NCBI GenBank assembly: GCA_000934665.2
Contig: JYFJ02003175.1
Span: 1-45,425, forward strand
Reading direction: 5' to 3'
DNA length: 45,425 bases
Origin: Catajapyx aquilonaris
Lineage: Eukaryota
Made by a program: the position numbers and the translations under genes
Part shown: piece after piece, positions 22,501 through 37,500 of the stretch
Layout of the letters: the number at the start of each line of letters is the position of its first letter
Numbering within the stretch: the first letter of the stretch is position 1
Notes under the pieces: generated by a model
What the model was told of the DNA's origin: nothing
Databases searched by the model: none
What the model saw: the letters and a program-made list of their open reading frames with translations, nothing else

Positions 22501-25500
22501 TAAAACATGCATTGGGAATACCTTGTGACACGTCAGCTTCTACATCAGGGACTGAAACTGTGTTTTTTGCAGGTTTGGCAGCCCTTTTTTCAGGCAGATT
22601 CTCAATATGTGCTCCAGTCTGCAGAAAACCCGTGTTGCTTACGTCAATTCCAACTGAAAAACAATATCCAATAAAATTTTATTTTGCAATGTCACTAATT
22701 GACAGCCATGTTTCACATCAAGATGCAAGTAAAACAGGTCTCCTTACCCCACTTCTCACTGATTAAGTACACACTAATAGGCACCACAGTCGACGGTTTT
22801 GCCAGGTGCACCTTTCTGGACAGGGTGCCACTTGCTTCAATCAGAGATTTGTCACTGCAAGCAAAGAAAACCTGTTACACTCATCCTGCATTAGCCTAGA
22901 TCAGGTACCATTCATGATGACAAACTGTTCTTCAGCATGCTATACACCCAGCAGCAGTTATCATTCCGTAATACCTAAAACCTGCATATAAGTTTACTGC
23001 CGCACGTATTGAGATCTCATTCTTATATACAAAAAGACAATTGACATTGTTTCGCGTCGCAAAGTCATTGCTGCAACAACCTTAACAGCCATGAAAATGG
23101 GCAAAGAAAACGGCCTCGGATCAACTTCGTGAGACGACTGCACCTGCTTATATCCACCTCACGCTGATTTCCTCCGCATCTTTAAGGCTGTGATGTGGTG
23201 GCGGAGGATGCTGGGCCTCTTTGCAAGTAGATAGAGAGAGAGAGAGAGAGAGAGAGGAAGAAGAATAAAAAAAGAGAGGCAATAGAGAGGGGAAAGGGTT
23301 TTAAATTCTTATGTCACGCCAAAGATCTCCAGAAAGCCCCGACCATCCCCGAAGTTGGGCAATGGAATTTTAAACCGCGGTTTCGGACAGTGTTTCTCCT
23401 GATATAAGAAAAGGAGCGAACATTGTTGGAATAGGGTTCATTAACCATCGCCGTTTTCTAAGGAAGTGCAGTTATGACTCTGATGGAACTGTCACGCGCA
23501 AGAACGTGACATTTATAAACATCATTGTGATGTAAACAAACTGGAATTCTCGCCCTAAATTGCTACATTTCCGGCTAAATAATACTTCTCATCACACTTT
23601 GAGACAATGGACAACATCGTGCTGCTTCTATCTAAAAATGGATATTGGATGGAACTATTGGGGACTTGGGGTAGTGCCTGTCATAATTGGGTCACATCTC
23701 ATAGGACAAAAAAAAAATGGGTCACATAGAATTGATAGAGCTTCCTCCTCCTATCATCTCCCCCCTCTCTTCCACCTCACATGCAAGACCGTGCCTTTCA
23801 CTTGAAGATGGCCCGGATTTCCCCCATTCGTGAGCTAGCACCTACGAACGGAACCTTCTATCGCGTTCGAAATCCTTTTTCCGCGTGATTATGCACTAGA
23901 CCTTTCAGGCACGCTTGACAGCAGTGTCCCTTTAACAAGTTTTACTGCTGACCTCCCCAACTCTTCTAATTTATTGATATCGCCAAATCGCATCATACGA
24001 GCATGAGTCACTTACGCGATCCTGTACCGAGCCTGGATTCGGTTCTCTCTGTCACCCACAAGCAAGACACACGAATGGTTGGGCCCTGCTGTCTTGGGGC
24101 TGTCCCTCAGGGTCTGCCAGTTGTCCAAGGTGATCACCACATTGACCTCCTGATGGTTGGACGATTCCTCCACTTTCAAGCGGTACTGGGGCAGGCGGGC
24201 GGCTGCATCTCGTAGCCGGTTGCCGAAAGGTGTCTGCCGGTTCACGATCTGTGCGCACACACTTTTAAAATTAACACACTTTGATAGATAGAACCGTGTG
24301 AAAGTGACACATCCTGGCCCAATACCCGAATATCTGAAGGATAGCGAGTCTCCAAGGCTGTTTAGGTCATCCATTGAATTTTTGCGCCGGGCAAATGGTC
24401 CATCATTACGTGACCTTCCTTCCTCACTCGGAGCCATAACTCGCCGAATTATACGACCACCCCCACTTTGAGCCTCCGTGTACAGCACATTTGTCAAATT
24501 GATGTGCACACATTGTTATTACCGGAGCGTAGGAGGAAAACAGCGTTACTCACGAGCTCCAGGTCCCTGGGGTCTGCCCTCGCTATTTGTTGGAAGGAAG
24601 TCATCCCAGCGCTGACCAGAGCCGAGGACAAGGCAGGACCGATGCGCTCCAGTTGCCTCGATACGTAGTAGGAGTTCTCCCAGAGGCGACTTCGAATGCA
24701 TTTGGACAGCAGGAAACCGTTGCGGACCAGCGAGTACTCGTTCCGAAGCCACAGGTACTCTTCAAGACCTGCAAGTACCCTCATCAGAGCAACGCTCAAC
24801 GAATCAGTATGATAACCCACATTTGACAAGCCTCTGAGCCAGACGCATGACTTTGGCGCACTCCTGCCCTAGGGCTGGATCCTGTATCTGGAGAGAACCT
24901 AGTGTGGCCTGGAGCAACCTGCAAGAACTCTTCGTCATCAATCATGAACTGACCATGATGGGTAGGTGAAAAATGGCTCCAGAAACCAAAGCAGACATTC
25001 ATTGGAAGTCAGGATTGTGCTGGAGGAAACACCTCATAACCACTTCACCTACACCAATCTTAGCATGAACAATGTTAAGAAGATGGCATTACACATAAAT
25101 CTTCTGCTCTCTGGATTTGATCCGGCCGCTGACGGGATACCGGATGGTGGACTGGTACTTGTCAATGTTCAGGGCGTTCAGGCTCTTCTTGTCGCTGGTC
25201 CTGAGCTGGAACTCGGAAAACTCCTGGCAGCGGGACAAGCAGTCCAGAAGCTCGGACAGGCTCTCGTACCCAGTCAGCTGCCAAAGCCCAAAAATGAAAG
25301 CCTTGATTTATGCCGCCTCCAGCGCGAGCGAAATTATACTAACGTAATTATGGTGCACCACCGACCCACGCAATATTATCCCAAGTCACTGTTGCTTTCA
25401 CCCCCTCTAAAATATTTCGCAAGCATCGGTATAGGATGCAAAAGAGGTGGGGGTGTCGTGAATCATGACCTCACCTGTATAAATCTCTGCATGGTCTCGA

Positions 25501-28500
25501 AGGCGACGTAGTAGCGGGCCATCAAACGCCCAGTCACCGTCGAAGACACTTCCATGTCGCCCATGGTTATCAGATCCACTTTAGCCAGCATATTCAAGTT
25601 CCTGATGCACAACTCTGCAAGATCAAAAAAAGGAGATAAGGTCCAGGAGACATTTGAAAAGAGACACGAGACGATAATCATCATCAATATTGGTGCTGTC
25701 GGGTTGAACGATTGCTGAGCTGCAGGAAGCTGTCAACTACCAAGTCTATCATTCAGCAATAGTAAATTATTATTTAAATATGTAAATATTTTCCTATAGG
25801 CAAATAAAGAAAATTTAATCATTAGGTCTTCAAAAATAATATGCAAAATAATACTATGATGAAATATACAAATGAAAACAAATTAATATTGCAATACATA
25901 CAAATATTAAACCATGGCAAATATCAGACCAAATAAGCAGCAAGTGAACATAGTCTAATAAATTGTAGCAATTAGATAGCAAGTCTTGACGGATATTTAA
26001 TATTGTGCAATCTGATCATCGTAACCATTTCATTGGCAGGCACTTCCGATATCGAAAGCAGGATCGGTACCGACCTGGCGATATTTCATCAGACCATTAC
26101 ATTTCCTGACAGCGCTATTAATATGCACTGTCCCTGCTGCACAGGAGACTCATTAGTCAGTCTTCATTACAGAACGTGAAACAATGCCGATGCAATCCTG
26201 CAATTAATGAAGCGGTACCCCCCAGGAGAAAGCAGCATTTCCAAATTTCCGACTCCCGTAAAATGTCCAGCGTGCTGCTATTCCCCGTAGGATGACCCGT
26301 ATTTCCACACCTCTACCCAAACAGTTCAGTACGTACAGTACGTCGTCATTGTTGTACCTCACAGGAGTCGTACAAACCCAAAAAGGCGCTCGTTACCTTT
26401 CACCAATAAGCCACAGCTTTAAAATAAATGACGCAATTGTCTCTCAATCACGGATGCCATTGTTTACCTGACATTATCACTCCATTGGTAGTACCCGCGA
26501 CTAGCTACGAACGTTACATCGGTATGCCGCTTCTTTTTGTATATCCTGCTGTCTACATATGAGAAGGCCCCTCCGGATAATTTAATGGGCGTGCTGGTCG
26601 TGAGTTTCTCTTGAGTAGGCCAAATCACTTCTGACACATGCCGCTTTCGTTTATACACCTGCGTACCTATATAGCGGTAGACAGCATGTGTTCCAGGAAG
26701 ACTTGGGCTCTACAGCAGCCCTTACTGATAGCGGTGACTGATGTTGGCATGCAGAGAGTCTCATGCTCTTCGGGCCAATTTGCGGTCGGCCCCACACCAC
26801 CTGATTTTTTTGCCTACTGTTTTCGAAATAGGACGCGATTAGTGCTTTACCGGGATAACTGCTGGTGAATTGCTCTGGCCTTCTCAGCGTTTTTTTTCTC
26901 TAAAGGTTGCGTGGAAAAATAATCTATGTAGTGGCACACTTTCAGACACCAGATGACTATCTGCTACATTTTGTTCGACTGAGATTGAAGTGCGTTTGGT
27001 TTTAAAGTCGTGAAATGCCATGGGAATGCAATTTGCCTTTTTCTTTCTTTCACAATTTGGTGTGAAAATGGAAAGGACGATGTGCAGATCAAGATTGATG
27101 TGTTCGCTTCCGGGATTCAAAAGAATTTTTAAATTCTCTAAAATATACTGATTGTGGTTTCGTTAAAAAACCATGCAAGAATGATCTGCACCGCTGTAGC
27201 TGTTATGAAATCATCAAACAAAAATTTATTACATGCTATCAGATGCAACTTCATCTCATAGTGATATAACGTGCCATGCATACGACGTACATGTCTGATG
27301 CCTGACAAAAAAATCTAATATTTACACCTAATTACACAGATATAATCACTTCACATGCCTGCTGCTTTCTTGTGGCCACAACCAGTTTAGCCCGCTTCAC
27401 ACTGTGTTGGTCGTGATTTAGTAGCGGAAAGTACACAACCAAATATTCAAGGAGAAAAAAAAAATGGCAAGAAATTCCTTGGCAAGGTCAGAAACGAAAC
27501 CTGCATACAATGTGAGCTGGAGCATGAAAGAAAAATTCTTCGAGACATCCGGTTATGCAAACTTGCATAAGACAATATGTGCCCCACAAAAAAAAATTCC
27601 TGCCACCTGATACAAGGCACACACTATAGGAACCAAGCAGGCCTCTCATTGGGTAATATACACTATATGCAAGACCGGTTCTAACCTCATGAACACGACG
27701 CATATATCCCGTGGGAGGATATATCGATACGAATGGTTAGCAAGTCATGAACGGATAAAGAAAGGATTTGAAAGGGCAAAAAAAGCGAATACCACACACA
27801 TCCCTTATTTCGCAAGTGCTGAAATGATGGACGGCAACAGATTGCTCCATTGCCGATGCCTCACGAAACTGTACGACCGAACGCACCCCAGACAACCTGT
27901 GCTAACCTGCCCGTTTCGTGCAAGGTAGCTGCCGCCGTAAATCATTAATTAAAATAATTGGGAGGCGGGAGGAATATAACAAGCAGGGCGGTGAAAGCTT
28001 GGAAGTAATCCTCATGTGTTAAATAGTATGATTATCTCACCTTGCAGTTTGTTCTCTATCTGCGCAGGAGTCAGGTTGGTGGGATATCCGTAATGTTTTG
28101 GGTTTTTCATCACACGGATGTACAGGTAGGTGGAGCGTAGCCATTCCATGGCCACGGCCACGTCCGTGATGGTCTCCAGGACTATCTCGGCGTTCAGGTG
28201 CTCAATCAGGTGGCGATGGAGGCTGCTCTCGATCATCTGAGTACCTGTCACCATGCTCTCGTACTTTGCCTGAGGTAGAAATAAATACATTTCCCAAAAT
28301 TAATTATCGTAAATCACCTGTGAATAAAAAACATGTCTTTTGAACGCCCCATTGGGGTAATTATTTTAGCCTGAGAAAATGACAAGTGTGAGGGCAGGTT
28401 CAGGTGACCCCGCAGTTATGCAACCGCAGATTCTGCGAATATGAGTGCCGAAGTAACCCTTTCTCTCAACACCATTGCTGAGCCCATACATCACCCCGTC

Positions 28501-31500
28501 CGTTATATTACATAAAAGAAGCACGTTAAATTAGTTGTGGGGCATGCGTGGCGACATGATCCCGCATGACAAGCAATGTTTTTCTTCTTCTTCTTCTTTC
28601 TACCCATGCCTAATGGCCCGATTCGATTTAATCACGGCCATATATCAACCCGGTCTTCATTCTCTTTGTACCATTACTACAACTTCGTGATCCCAATTGT
28701 CATGGCAAAAGTGCATTGAAAAAGGGATGAGCCGGGTTGAGCAACTGTTAGCACAAGATGAACGTTCCAAAGCCGTGGGAGGGTGCCCTTGCACCCCTTT
28801 CATATCTAGATTGCTATGCAGTTTGTTCAAAATTCGCAAATTGGAGGAAAGGAAATGCCAGTGATTTTGAGGTCGTAATGATAGCCTATAAGTTCCACCG
28901 TATCTGAGTTCCCAGATGTATATAAAAAGGAGGAGGAAAAAGTCACGACATCCTGCAGAAATTCTTTATAACCCAATTTCTCTTAACAATGGCGTGTCGT
29001 TTTTTAATGTCTCGCCGCTGTACAGTATGGAGTGGCCGTACTTTTAAAACCTGTTCTTTATTTTTGTCATTGCCATCCTCCAGCGGAACGTTCAAAATCA
29101 ATGGCCCTTCGCTGATAAAAGTGTGAACATTGTCAATTCCGTTTAGGAATGTCCGTGACCTATTACGCGAAACTAATGAACCATCCCAAATGCAATGTCA
29201 CTTGATGTTTACATCATCCCAAGAAGATGAGGCCAGAATGATGGTGCTGGAGGAAGATGACTCTCCCTCTCTCGTTTCCATCTCTCTTTCCCGGGCCGAA
29301 GAAGGGTTATCAGGGTCAGATGTCATGGCCTCGCAAGTGCAAGCGCCCGCATAATGATCAGGCACAGGTTTGTGAGTAGTAGGTCAAACTCAAATACATC
29401 TCGTCGATACCTCACTCACACTCGTAAATGAAATGAATAGTGCTTGTCGATTGCAAGATTACAAGGCATGTACCGGTATTGAAACCTATGCTTTTCGCAA
29501 CAACCGAACGTCTTTATTACACCGACAGATGCCCATAGAAGTATCTTGCGGCAGAAACATGAGGCTCTTTTTGGCTAAGACAGGCGCGGAAGTGGTCGTA
29601 CAATAGTATACATGCGATGTCATTTCCATTATCGCTTTCAACTAAACGGCTTGCAAAATAGAAAGTCACCCCCCCCCCTCCCCCTGTTATAAAATAAAGT
29701 CGAAGGTTAACAGAAAAGTGCTTTACATTAAGTACGCGCTTTCTATCCGCAATATGCGTTGTGGGTAACAATTCCGACGACAAACTCACCCAGTAGAAAA
29801 CAACTCGAGATTTCCAAATTAGCAATTTTCCTTCTGCAAATCGTCTGGCATTACGTCATCCCCCTGTGGAGAGCGTATTTTATAATACTTACCGTACCTC
29901 TCATGTCATAACGGTGACAAGTCATCAGCCAGCGAAATAACCCTTTCCCCTCCAACAACGCCCCTGGAAGAGGAATATTATTATGAAGGAGGCTGGGGGG
30001 GTTGTCCTCCACTTTCGCCTCGTCTTACCACCCGCGGCAAGAGGAGCCAACAAAAGCCCAAACAAAGTCACTGTGCCAATCCCATCGCGGAAAGGGACAC
30101 GCATACTGATATAGGAAGAATGTCTCCTGTATGATGGGGGGCTATATGGGTCGCGGATGTCACACTCGACCACGAAATGCGGAATGGTTGAAGGATTGGA
30201 CTCGTGATAAGAGGCGACCACCCTGCTGGTCAACAGCCGGAAGACCATGGCCGTGCATACGGAGTGACCTTTGCCTTACTCAATACTGCTGCCTTGTTTG
30301 TTACCTGGTGGCCCTCGGTGCCTTTTTTTTCTGCTGAAATATTACGTCATCGAGGACGATGAATTTAATATGCATGGGTAATATTTTTGCGTCTGTGTGA
30401 CACCCGGCATTGACCATCTTTTGTGAGGGTGAAGCAACTCGGTTTCAAGAATTTGTCAGATGTAAGATGAGTCATGGGGCTGATTCTGACAACGACATTA
30501 CGGGAGTGATCATCATACATCTTATTATATCCCACTGATTAACTAGCTAATTTCCGAAAGACTTTCATATTCAAACATCTGGTAGTCTTTATTTTATTAT
30601 AAATTGTGCCTCACTGTATGAAATAATTATTTTGTTAATGAGTTAGGCCTCCTTTTTACACCCTTCCTATTATAGTAGTTCCTGCTGCGGAGAGTGCCCG
30701 TTTTTCATGTTGTCGGAAGACCCGCGAAAGGGAAAAGGTCACGTTCTTTCCACGAGAGAGTCCCCCTGCTTCATATAGGCGCAGGAGAGGGGAAAGGCTC
30801 GAGTAAAATTATCACAATCATGTCCATTCGCCATAAACCTTCCGCAATAACTGCGCATCATCACATATAAAAACCTGCTGAAAAACAAGGCATCCGAATT
30901 TTCAACATCAATTTGCTCCATCAGAACTGCACATTAAAATATGACACAATCCAAAAAAGGGATGGCCCTTCACGAAATGGCAAGACTCACACACCCTCCC
31001 GAAAACTGGGTGATCCCCTTCGCCCCACTGCTGCCCTCCATTCGCCCCTATCGTCTGCCCCCTATTCAGCAGGGTTGTTCGACCTCCACCCGCCAGGCGT
31101 GGAACTTTTCTACATCACATCACACGTGCCCTTCCGGCATCTTTACGGTCGCAAAGGTACCAAGTGCAACAGGGCTTGACAATATAAAAAGCGTCCCATC
31201 TTGCCCAAGACCTTTCTATACTAGAGAGCCACACCGCTCTAATCCGTGGTCCTATCGCGAAAAGCAGATCCTGACCCAGCCCCGTTGATGAATTATTGCC
31301 GCTGTCTGTCATCCGAGCAAGAAGAATGAAGCACGTGGGTTACCCACCGATGTAACACAATGTGATGACGGAGGGGTACTTTCCTTGCTTGCATCCCTTT
31401 CACACCCAGACACGATCCTATGGAAATGTTATTTATGACTGGATGCTGAAGTAATCATATTACCAATACCCCTCACCTGTCCGAAATATATCATTGCGAG

Positions 31501-34500
31501 ATGTCTAGGTCTACTTGTTAAGACCGAGAGTGGCGTGTAGGTACCGAATTTTTGTGTCGTTTCTCCGGCACGCAATCAGTACTCGTGAGTGATAACGTAC
31601 ACGATTCAGTCAAGTACGACACCGTCTTCATCACGGCCATTAAGGCATGCGTGCATGTCACATGTCTTCCAAACTGTTCTCTCACAACGGTTGTTAATTT
31701 GGACATCGAAGGTGGGGGCCTCAGAGTCGTACACACAGCCAGTCTCCATATATTGAGAGTTGACATAAATAATAATTTTATTATACTACAGTAACGTGTA
31801 AAAATATTTTCACATTTTTATTCCCATGCACGTGTTCTCTCCTTGTTAGCGTGGGTTTTCTCGTTTCCTATATTATTTTTAAAGGTGCATCTGCAAGTGG
31901 ATCAAGTCACTTACAAAATATCGTAGCACGAGCTATCCTATTCATACGGTATATTTTTATGAAACAGAACATGCCGGACTTATTCTATGAAATGAAATAA
32001 TTAATTTCCCTTTTCTGTTGAAGTTATTGCGTAATTGCTGCTCGAAAGCAAAACGCATGCGTTTCCACACTTGTTAATAAAATGTATACACAACAAAAAG
32101 TGTTCTTCTTATCACACGTTTTAGTGAAAGTCTGAATATCCGACGGAAGTATCAAAGCGGGTTTATATTGATCGATGAGCAGATAAGACAATGGCGGTAT
32201 CGCAAAAGAATCCTCCTTCTCCTTTTTGGAACGTTATACTGTGCAAACATGAAACACAAAAGCGTGCTAAGTGATCATTAGCTTTTTTGAATCCTGCCTC
32301 CTCGTCACGCTCTGACGATAAATCTCGCCAGTAAAATAGCCAAGAACCCACATTCAAACGCCCATTTTTTTTTTCGAATTGCATTTCGCCACCTTAGTTT
32401 CGTCCACCTTTACAGGATACATCAGTGGGAAAGTGCACCTGGATTGCAATGCACTGATCTTTCTTGCAAGCAAATCACGGCAGTAACCTGATGTTACAGC
32501 ACGCTCATATACCCTCCATTTCAGAGGTTTAAAAAATGCTCACACACGCGTAAGATGACACTTGTGTCAAGAATTCTGAATAGAATTTGTACGTCCGAGT
32601 GACATCGTTTGTGCTCAATTCGTGTACCTGCTGGTGGCCATTGTCGAGATTCCCCCCCCCCCCCCCCAAAACNAAAAAAAAACACACAAATCCAAGATGA
32701 GCCAAACATTTCCGCATCAATGCGTGCTAATGGATCTAGCCTTGTGACATCCGAGACGCTGGCTGCTAGGCCGATTCAAGGTTTGTGCAACAGTCGTGAC
32801 AGATTGCACACGTAATCAATGATAATTATTGCGAATGTCTGCCAACGTAGGCCTACTTACGTCAACTATTCTAAAAATAAACGCAATTTTCCACGGCTAT
32901 CATTTGTGAGAAATTTTAACTACTGGAGGTGTTTGAGCCTGCCATGACTTGGTTCTAATTAGGATATGTCAGGCGAAGATTCACTTGTAATTTCTAATGA
33001 ACTACTGATTTGTGTGTTATGTACGAGTGTACTATGTGGCTCAAATTGTTTTGGCCACTTTAGCCTGGTCTTGAAGCAACCCTTCGCACAGGCCCCACGT
33101 TGAGCAGGTGTGTGTGTGTGTGAAGGGTTGCTTCCAGACCAGGATAAAGTGGCTAAAACAATTTGAGCCCCATAGTACAATATATATCATTCCGTCGCAT
33201 ACATTACAAAACTATGACTACATAATTGCACAGCCTCTGTGATACTCCGACACAGAACGAAACAATGTGCCTTAAACTCAGCCCCTGTCCGTTGTAATAC
33301 CGCCCCATTAAAAAAAATAAATTAAAAAATAACTCATTTCATACTCTAAATGTCCCTATCTCACAATCAGATCCGGCTATTCCACGCCAAAAACCAATCA
33401 CGATCTCATCGATATCCAATATCCTCCTCCACATCCGCCACTACATTTCTCAATAAAAAAACCCTTCACCCTTCTGCATTGACCACGAACCCTGGGCAGT
33501 AATTCAATGCCACCAGTTACCTCCGAGAATTTCTCACGGGGATGTAAGGAGGGAGTGTGCGATGAGCCACGAGTCAAGGAGACAAGCTGCAAACAACCTG
33601 AACAAAAAGGGGCAAAATAATTGCGATCTCTGTTTATCATGGTAAGGATAGCAGACACTGGCTTCTGGGAGTGGAACGTGGAAAGAAGAGCCACTTTCTG
33701 TTCTCAAGAAGAACCAGCAGAAGCACCATCCCGCATCCTCCTAGGACCAGCTAAGCCAATCGCGTTCACTTTCACTTCCCAAACATACTAACCTTGCCCC
33801 CTATACGACTCCCAACCTGCCTCATTGGTTGCCCATTTCGGACGCGGGTAATATATATTTGGAGGATGCACATGCCCGTCGGACATACCGGATAGTTAGT
33901 GCTGTCAGGAGCTGTTTGCTGCCGGTAAGGAACCAGTGCGAGTGTGTGTTTTGCTGGGATTTGTTCAGTGAGAGGACTAGTGGCCCAAAAAGTGTGACAT
34001 ATTCTTTCAGGACATCCAAAATGCTGAAAATTCTGGCCCTCCTCCTTACCTTCACGGCTGTGTCTCTATCAGCCCCGCTTCCACAAGATGAGGAAGGGCC
34101 TATGCCAGTAAGTTAATTGTCATTTGTTGTCAGTACAGTACTATTTTTTTAAAAAAAACCATAGCAGGATCGTTACTGATTCACGCATTGATTTCTAGTA
34201 CAACTTCAAGTGGGAAGTGAACGACGAGGAGTTCCAAAACTATTATGGTCAAGACGAGACGGCGTCGGACAGTGGAAGGGTCGACGGCAGCTATCACGTG
34301 TGGCTAGCTGACGGTCGGCTGATGACGGTGACGTACTACGTGGACGGCGAGAGTGGATTTGTACCTTCGATCACCTACACCGACAACTACAGTCCGTTCA
34401 GCGGTCGACGTTAGATCAGCTGTGAGGTGGTCCCCTTTTTAAATTAAATATAATTATGCAATTATTTGTGGCGGCCATGCTGCGACGACCGGGGCGTGCA

Positions 34501-37500
34501 TCCGTGCAAGAGTGACCATTTTCACGCCGAGAAGAACGGGAAACAAGATTTCATGCTTGGAATAATAAATTGTGCTTTACACGCAATGGATACATGCATG
34601 GGAAGCTGCAGTGATGTCTCCATAACACAACAATGCCATCGTAAGAGATGCTATGTAAGTCCCCCTCCCCCTGTCGTCACACTGTACAGTTCATCCGTTT
34701 TATAAATGAATAAAAAAAAGATCGAGTTTCAAAAAACCAAACTGTCTACCCATGTTGACTTCCTCGTTTTTTTTGTACCAAAACAAAAAAAAATGGCGCA
34801 TACAAAAAGAAGTTGTATCATCAAATCTCTTACTCTCACTGAGCAAGAGGAAACCCCCCGTCATTATTTTTTTCAGGGGAAAAGTTGAACTCCTTGCACA
34901 ACATCAACTTGTATACGATAGGCCACAATGACAACGTAATCCTTGACACGATCTCCAAGAAAGATCTTCGTCTCTGATAGTCAACAATGGCTACATTGCA
35001 TCTGCGTAAACGCGACCATACTTGCACACGGGAAAGGGGTCTTTAAAAATACCCCTTCCCCCAATCTGTGAGATGAATTTTTTGGTTACACATCCGAAAT
35101 GGACCTTGCCTGTCCATCAGTATGTAGTGTTTCATAAGTCAGCTCATACCCACATTGTTAAAGAATCTCATAGAATCACATATACCAAGCGTGTAACTCA
35201 CTGCCAATACTGACTGTGAGAAGCGAATGGAATTTACCGACCCGAATTGTGAGCTAACTTAAGAAACACGCGGTGTATACCTTATAGTTACGTGCAAATC
35301 GCAGCATCTTCCTATACCTTTGTGACCCTTTGTCCCTTTCACTTTCGTACTCTTCTTCAGCTCGTGGGCCAAATTACTTTCACCTCACTTTGCTATTCTT
35401 TCCTTACGGTAATGGTAATGCGTGTAAGGGTACTATAGAGAAGGGTAAGCGTCCTCGATATGCGTGGTCTCCAGCACTTCCTGTCACTTGGAAGTTATTA
35501 TCGCTCTTATGTAATGACACCGCCGTGTAATCACACCACTTGACTATATACCTATCGGCCCTCCTGCTGCACTGTCCAGCATCATCAGGTGATGTGGGTC
35601 GCTTTTTCAATAAACTTTTTTCTTACAACCTGGGCGGTAAATTACTAATAAGAACGTCCGACAAAGATTAACCAGGAAGCAGACTTAGATTTGCCAGTAA
35701 TTTGTCGCCTGAGACGCCATCACTGCCACTCTATAGCTTTTACCGCCTGGAGGCAGTACGTAATGGACATAAAAGGTTGTGAATTACTTTTTACGGTGCT
35801 CGGTATGAGCAACTAAATGTGTAACATTATGCAACGACTAGCCATCATGTTTCATCCCTGTCGTTGGCAGCCACGAAAACAATTTCCGTGCCATTTCCGA
35901 CAACTTCGTGAAACTTGAACGGACAAGGTAGTGGTCACCTGGTTGGCAAAACAAATACGAAGGGCACACTCGGGTGGATTAATGACCGTGTCAAGTGGGA
36001 ATCTTCCTGCTGTTAGAGAGAAACAAATAACTTGCTCGTGTAATGTGGTTAATGACCCAGCACTATTTATTTTTTCCTCATCCGCTGCCACGACCTCCTT
36101 GACAGTCACTTCCAACGCGGAAGGAGATAGTGCCCCTTCAACGGACATGCCTTTTGACATATATTTTCCAAAGTTTTTAATGGAAGTCTACAATTCGGCT
36201 AGCTTTCAGTGACATTGAGATATGGAAACGTCTTTGTAACACAAGGCCGAAAAAAAGCTCCATAATCCAGGTCAGTACCAGCGAGAGGTCTGCACCTAAA
36301 CAACAACACTCCATTGTGCTTAGAAGAACTGCAGATGACCTGCTAAGATGTCCTTTCATCGGCATCGCCCAGAATTTTTCACCAGTACCTTACCGATCAT
36401 GAACCGGGGATTGGTAGTGGATATAATGCAAAAATAATGATCCGAGTTTAATTAATCTTACCTTGAGAGAGGATTTGGTCATGATGACAGCGATAGCGCT
36501 ATGGTCAAACTGTGGTCTTCCCGCCCTACCAATCATCTGGAGGAGGGTCGCCTCTGGGTACTCCTGCATCATCCCACCCACGTACTGCTGGGTGGATTTG
36601 ACTATCACCAGATGGGCCGGAAGGTTCACACCGGTAGCTGTCAGAAACGCAACAATCAACAGAGTAGTTCATCCCATTGTCTTAATTACTGTCCTATACC
36701 TAAAGTGCTGGTAGCAAGAAGAACAGGCAGATTTCCATGAGCAAATAAATCCTCCACTCGGCGACGATCCTCAACCTCCATTCCGGCATGGTGGTAACCA
36801 ATACCGCTGTTCAGTAATTCTAAAAATATTTGGAAAAAGACATATTCATACTCGTGTTATTGGTGCAATAATTAAATCTCTCTAATTAATGCACAGTACA
36901 ATTCAATTATCGACGCATGTCGTAACCCCGTAATTAAGCATTCAGAGTCTAATTTGCACATCATTAGTCACTGCAACATTCTCACTGCCCACTACACGTT
37001 ATGAGCATTAATTACGAGTACGCTGGCACGGTAATTTGAAAGAAAAATTTCCTGAGAATCTCGTTGCAACACTGCAACTGCAGTTTGAGAAAATCGTGCC
37101 GATCCTTATCAGCAGCTCCCGAGTTACCCTTTGATACGCTCCGCTGCTTGACCCCCAAGTGGCCATTGCACAAAAGGAGAGAAAAAAGGAGGGGGAGTTC
37201 CGGAACCCATCCGCCCAGTCAGGATTCGATCGTATCTCTATCAAGGACAACAGACGAAGAATAGGACGTATAGACAACTCCTTCACCATCATCGAAGATT
37301 CTCCTTGAGCACACTTCAGCGCGCAGTACAGTTCAATCTCAAGCTCATCCGGCCCAATCCCTATTAGACTCTACAATGCCTACATTAAAATCTGCAAAAG
37401 GCAGTCCTACACATTATATTGCCTCTCATCCGCTTAACCTCCATTTTAATGGCCCTAATTTTATTGTGGTCTTTTGGTGAATGGCAAAGAACTTGCCTTT

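Noticed and set aside
35852..36212. Overlapping ORFs of 102 and 93 aa in the large HFM1 intron
   Set aside because: No homology, domain or convincing splice chain.
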